From contig JBGSNZ010000012.1 in the NCBI GenBank assembly GCA_041739345.1, forward strand, positions 1 through 42,363: a stretch of 42,363 nucleotides of DNA, given 5' to 3'. Within the stretch, counting starts at the first letter, position 1. The number at the start of each line of letters is the position of its first letter. The stretch is from Acetivibrio sp. GTDB taxonomy: Bacteria; Bacillota; Clostridia; Lachnospirales; Lachnospiraceae. Below, one piece after another: positions 38,806-42,363 of the stretch. A program made the position numbers and the translations under genes. The notes beneath the pieces are model-generated. The model was not told the DNA's origin. It saw nothing but the letters and a program-made list of their open reading frames with translations, and made no database searches.

Positions 38806-39319
38806 AATAATTGGAATTGTAGGAACGAATCGGGGAGTCGGCGTAACACACGTTTGCATAATGTTAGCCGAATACCTCACACTGGACAAAGGTTCTTTTG
38901 TTGCCATACTTGAATGTAATGATCATGGTGATTTTAAATGGATGGAGACAAATCTGTTTGGAAAAGGAAAGTTTCCATATTCATTCCATCAAGTACGTTA
39001 TTTTACAGCAGTAGATATGGAAAACTTAGAAGAAATGATGAAAAGCAAGTATGCATATCTTATACTTGACTTTGGCGTACAACTAAAAGGAAAGGAAAAA
39101 GCTCTCAGTCTTTGTCAAAAAAAGATATTACTCGGAGTGGAGTCATGGTGGAAGATAGATGCCATGAATGAAAAAAATTCTCATTTTTTAGCAAAGGGTT
39201 TTCAATGTATATATAACTTAAGCGAGGAGGGAATGCCCTATTCGCCACTAAACAAAGGACCAGGAAAAAAAGCAAAAAAAATATTGGATGAAATTGTGGA
39301 TTTTAAGTTCGTAACGTAA
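38741..39319 (+). CDS. stand-alone degenerate ParA/MinD-like P-loop domain protein (paralog of the kinase C-terminal domain)
   Basis: 192 aa. IIGIVGTNRGVGVTHVCIMLAEYL...AILECND parallels the kinase C-terminal IITVTGMIPRIGTTHISLMITAYL...ALYIEQN, with further matching blocks downstream. It starts in the +1 frame 65 nt before the kinase stop. Confidence 0.55.
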   Translation: MYWKKRNSDSFLANRGNQESTKIIGIVGTNRGVGVTHVCIMLAEYLTLDKGSFVAILECNDHGDFKWMETNLFGKGKFPYSFHQVRYFTAVDMENLEEMMKSKYAYLILDFGVQLKGKEKALSLCQKKILLGVESWWKIDAMNEKNSHFLAKGFQCIYNLSEEGMPYSPLNKGPGKKAKKILDEIVDFKFVT

Positions 39320-39500
39320 TAGAAATTAAGACGTCTCACAAACAAGCAAGACCTTCTTATCCAAATTGTAACCCGTAAACCATGCGTGGACTTGCACCTT
39401 ATATTTTCTATTATGAATGAATAAAATTATGCAAAAAGAGGGGGATGATATATTATAAAATGTAGTAAAATAAGCAAGAGTAAAGAAAATTAAATTAGCC

Positions 39501-39546
39501 CTCTATACATAAAAAGAAACCGGAGAGACGAATATGTTCATCGGTT
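39501..39546. terminator. bidirectional rho-independent terminator
   Basis: AAAGAAACCG-GAGAGACGAATATGTTCAT-CGGTTTCTTT with an A-run upstream and a T-run downstream. Confidence 0.6.
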
Positions 39547-39630
39547 TCTTTTTATGACCGTCTTGTTTCAAATAGAAAGAGGTGTTATACTAGTGTATAC
39601 AATTTTTGTACACAGGAGGAAAATATACGG

Positions 39631-41340
39631 ATGAACGAATCAAAAAATAAGATAAAAGCGGCACTTTTTCTGATTGTTCCGGTCTTTCTTATTGTTGTAA
39701 TTGCCGTAATAGCAAAACAACTCATGCCAAGCAAAGAACGAATTGAACTTACAGATTATTATCCGATAGAAGGTGACGAGCTTTTGCTTGTAATGCAAGA
39801 CGAAATCGCTGAAACAAAAGGATTATATATTGATGGTACTGCATATGTGGATTATGATACAGTAGTTTCCAATTTTAATAAAAGATTTTATTGGGATGCC
39901 AACGAAAATATTGTAATATATACCACCGCTTCTCAGGTTATTAAAGCAGAAGTTGGAGCAAAAGATTACTATGTTAATAAGAGTAAAACGGAAGTTGATT
40001 ATCAGATTGTAAAAGTAGTAAATGATGTAGCATATATTGCTGTTGACTACATTGAACTATTTTCCAATGTAAAATCAACATTATATGAAAATCCGAATCG
40101 TATTGTATTTACTTGCAAGTGGAAGAATGATTATACGGCTTCCAAAGTAAAAAAAGATGCGGTACTTCGTGAAAAACCAGACATCAAAAGTCCGATTGTT
40201 TATGATGTAAAAAAAGGGGACCAGCTAGTATATATTAAGGAAACCGATGAAGAAACCTCGAAAAATTTTCAAAAAGTGATTACAGAAGATGGCGTAATTG
40301 GATTTATTCAGAAAAAACGTTTAAAAGATTCTTATGATTTGGGACTAAAATCAGATTTTAAAGAAGAATCGTATTCATCCATTACAAAAGATTATAAAAT
40401 AAATATGGTTTGGCATCAGGTAACGAACCAAGACGCAAACAATTCGCTATTAAACCTTTTGGATGCGACCAAGGGAGTCACTACAATTTCACCTACCTGG
40501 TTTTCTTTAGCTAGTAATAAAGGAGAAATCACTTCCCTTGCAAGTGAAACCTATGTTAATAGAGCGCATAGTGCTGGAGTCGAAGTATGGGCATTATGTG
40601 ATGATTTCAATACTGAAAATGTGAATACTTTTAAATTATTGTCGTATACTTCCAGAAGAGAAAAACTTGAAAATGAGTTAATTGCATCGGCAATTAAATA
40701 TAACTTAGATGGTCTTAATATTGATTTTGAAAAGATTTCTTCTAAGGCGGCAACTCATTTTATACAGTTCATACGTGAATTATCTGTAAAATGCAGAAGC
40801 AATGGGATTGTATTATCAGTGGATAACTACGCGCCTGGATATACAGGATATTATGACAGGCAAGAACAGGGAATTGTCGCAGATTATGTAATTACCATGG
40901 CATATGATGAGCATACAGGTGGTTCCAAAGAAAGTGGATCAGTTTCATCGATTGAATATTTTACCGATGCGATTACAAATACCATAAAAGAAGTACCAGC
41001 GGAAAAAACCATTATCGGAATTCCGTTCTATACTAGACTGTGGAAAGAAGTAACAGAAGGTGAACAAGTTACCGTAAGTAGTGAAGCTTATGGTATGGTA
41101 AATGGTGCAAATCTATTAACGGATAATGGAGTTACGACCTATTGGGATGAAACTTCTGGACAAAATTATGGAGAATTTGAGGCCGATGGAGCAACGTATC
41201 GCATGTGGCTTGAAGATGCACAATCAATTGAACTGAAAATGAAAGCAGTTGAGGAAGCGAATGTGGCTGGAGTAGCCGGTTGGAAACTTGGGCTTGAGTC
41301 ATCCAGCATATGGGATGTTATTATAAAATATGTAAACTAA
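39631..41340 (+). CDS. membrane-anchored glycoside hydrolase family 18 protein (YaaH/YdhD-like spore peptidoglycan hydrolase type)
   Basis: N-terminal TM helix. Central SH3b-like segment. GH18 catalytic motif LDGLNIDFE (DxxDxDxE) and downstream MAYD. Confidence 0.8.
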   Translation: MNESKNKIKAALFLIVPVFLIVVIAVIAKQLMPSKERIELTDYYPIEGDELLLVMQDEIAETKGLYIDGTAYVDYDTVVSNFNKRFYWDANENIVIYTTASQVIKAEVGAKDYYVNKSKTEVDYQIVKVVNDVAYIAVDYIELFSNVKSTLYENPNRIVFTCKWKNDYTASKVKKDAVLREKPDIKSPIVYDVKKGDQLVYIKETDEETSKNFQKVITEDGVIGFIQKKRLKDSYDLGLKSDFKEESYSSITKDYKINMVWHQVTNQDANNSLLNLLDATKGVTTISPTWFSLASNKGEITSLASETYVNRAHSAGVEVWALCDDFNTENVNTFKLLSYTSRREKLENELIASAIKYNLDGLNIDFEKISSKAATHFIQFIRELSVKCRSNGIVLSVDNYAPGYTGYYDRQEQGIVADYVITMAYDEHTGGSKESGSVSSIEYFTDAITNTIKEVPAEKTIIGIPFYTRLWKEVTEGEQVTVSSEAYGMVNGANLLTDNGVTTYWDETSGQNYGEFEADGATYRMWLEDAQSIELKMKAVEEANVAGVAGWKLGLESSSIWDVIIKYVN

Positions 41341-41449
41341 AGTTTATTGGAGTTGTTGCAAAGTAGCAATTTGCTATTTTGCAGCATCTTCTTCTATAAA
41401 ACCGGAAAAACTTTTGTGGTTTCTTGATGGAAAGTAATTGGAGGATGAA

Positions 41450-42007
41450 ATGGATTTAACAGAGAGAATTTTTTATGCTGGAATTGAGGAATTCCGCGAT
41501 TATGGAATCAAATTTACGATGGACAGTTTGGCCTCAAGATTAGGTATTAGTAAACGTACATTATACGAAACAGTTCCATCAAAAGCGAAAGTAATTGAGC
41601 TCGTAATTGATCGAACCTTTGCAAATGTTAAAGAACAGCAAAAAGAAATACTAAAAAACGACACACTTGGGACGGCGGAAAAAATCAAGAAGCTCATGAC
41701 GATTATTCCGATATATTCCGATTTGATTGACTATCGCCAGGTAGTAGAAATTGGAAAGGTATATCCTGAACTTTATAAAAAGGTGCAAGAAGGAATTGAA
41801 GGAGACTGGGATGCGACACTTCGTCTATTAGAACAAGGAATTGAAGAAGGAATTATAAAGCCTTACAGTTTGATAATTATGCGTGAATTATTCTGTCTTG
41901 CATTTGAACGATTACTGGATGGAAGATTTTTAATGAAAAACGGCATCACTTATGACAAAGCCTTGGAAGAGGTGACCTCAATTATTTTTTCGGGGATACT
42001 GGCATAA
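41450..42007 (+). CDS. TetR/AcrR-family transcriptional regulator
   Basis: N-terminal HTH (FTMDSLASRLGISKRTLYETV). ATG 41450 is 5 nt after GGAGG. Confidence 0.85.
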   Translation: MDLTERIFYAGIEEFRDYGIKFTMDSLASRLGISKRTLYETVPSKAKVIELVIDRTFANVKEQQKEILKNDTLGTAEKIKKLMTIIPIYSDLIDYRQVVEIGKVYPELYKKVQEGIEGDWDATLRLLEQGIEEGIIKPYSLIIMRELFCLAFERLLDGRFLMKNGITYDKALEEVTSIIFSGILA

Positions 42008-42020
42008 AATACGGATACTA

Positions 42021-42222
42021 AATTCTGGTGTAATGAATGACGGACGCGAGTCTTGGTTGTTAAGGGACGCCATAAAAGGCTGAGCATTTTTGTTTTCCGC
42101 CAATTTACACGGCTCCCATGGTGGGCTTTTATATCAATCGCATAGGAATTCCACGTAACCTCTAAGCAATCGAAAAATCGGTTCAAGGGAAGCCGATTTT
42201 TGATAGAGTTTGCGTTCCATAT
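42021..42222 (+). repeat. type-1 foldback repeat, copy E (truncated, lacks the distal right arm)
   Basis: AATTCTGGTG..GACGGACGCGAGT...GACGCC..AAAGGCTGAGC...CAATTTACACGGCTCCCATGG...TTTTATATCAATCGCATAGGAATTCCACGTAACCTCTAAGCAATCGAAAAATCGG..AGCCGATTTTTGATAGAGTTTGCGTTCCATATA is colinear with A and rc(D). Confidence 0.75.
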
Positions 42223-42284
42223 AAGGCTGCTGAAAAACTACTGTTTTTTATTGCTCTCAGCAAAGATAATTATCCCTAATAAAA

Positions 42285-42336
42285 AAATAAGAGTAAAAAT
42301 GGCTTCATTTTTCCCATTTTTACTCTTATTTTTTTC
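42285..42336. terminator. bidirectional rho-independent terminator
   Basis: AATAAGAGTAAAAATGG - loop - CCATTTTTACTCTTATT flanked by A7 and T7. Confidence 0.65.
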
Positions 42337-42363
42337 ATATTTTTATGTTTTTTTGGTTCATTC

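Overview
Low-GC Firmicutes chromosome segment (Clostridia/Lachnospiraceae-like). It opens with the 3' end of a 23S rRNA gene followed by a seven-tRNA cluster (Asp-Val-Thr-Tyr-fMet-Phe-Lys) and a terminator. A conserved housekeeping backbone follows, syntenic with the Bacillus yaaO...abrB-metS-ksgA neighbourhood: Orn/Lys/Arg decarboxylase, Gmk-like kinase, YaaR, holB, ricT/yaaT, SAM methyltransferase, rsmI, abrB, then T-box-metG, tatD, rsmA, a class A PBP and mecA. cobB and carAB lie upstream of this backbone. Between abrB and the metG T-box sits a ~14 kb accessory insertion: YyaL thioredoxin-domain protein, PadR plus a membrane partner, AhpD-like protein, spmA/spmB, a GH13 debranching enzyme and an amino-acid ABC transporter. 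The most striking structure is inside this insertion. A 678-aa flotillin gene (minus strand) is bracketed symmetrically by two pairs of large (~340 and ~380-450 bp) foldback, MITE-like repeats, arranged type1(+)-type2(-)-flotillin-type2(+)-type1(-). The repeats share AATTCTGG termini, and each is a long imperfect palindrome. A third, truncated type-1 copy lies at 42021-42222. A second notable locus is a non-RD Hanks-type Ser/Thr kinase (HRD replaced by YLD) fused to a degenerate ParA/MinD-like P-loop domain. A free-standing paralog of that domain follows in an overlapping frame across a poly-A tract. A consensus sigma-A promoter abuts the kinase ATG, suggesting a leaderless mRNA.
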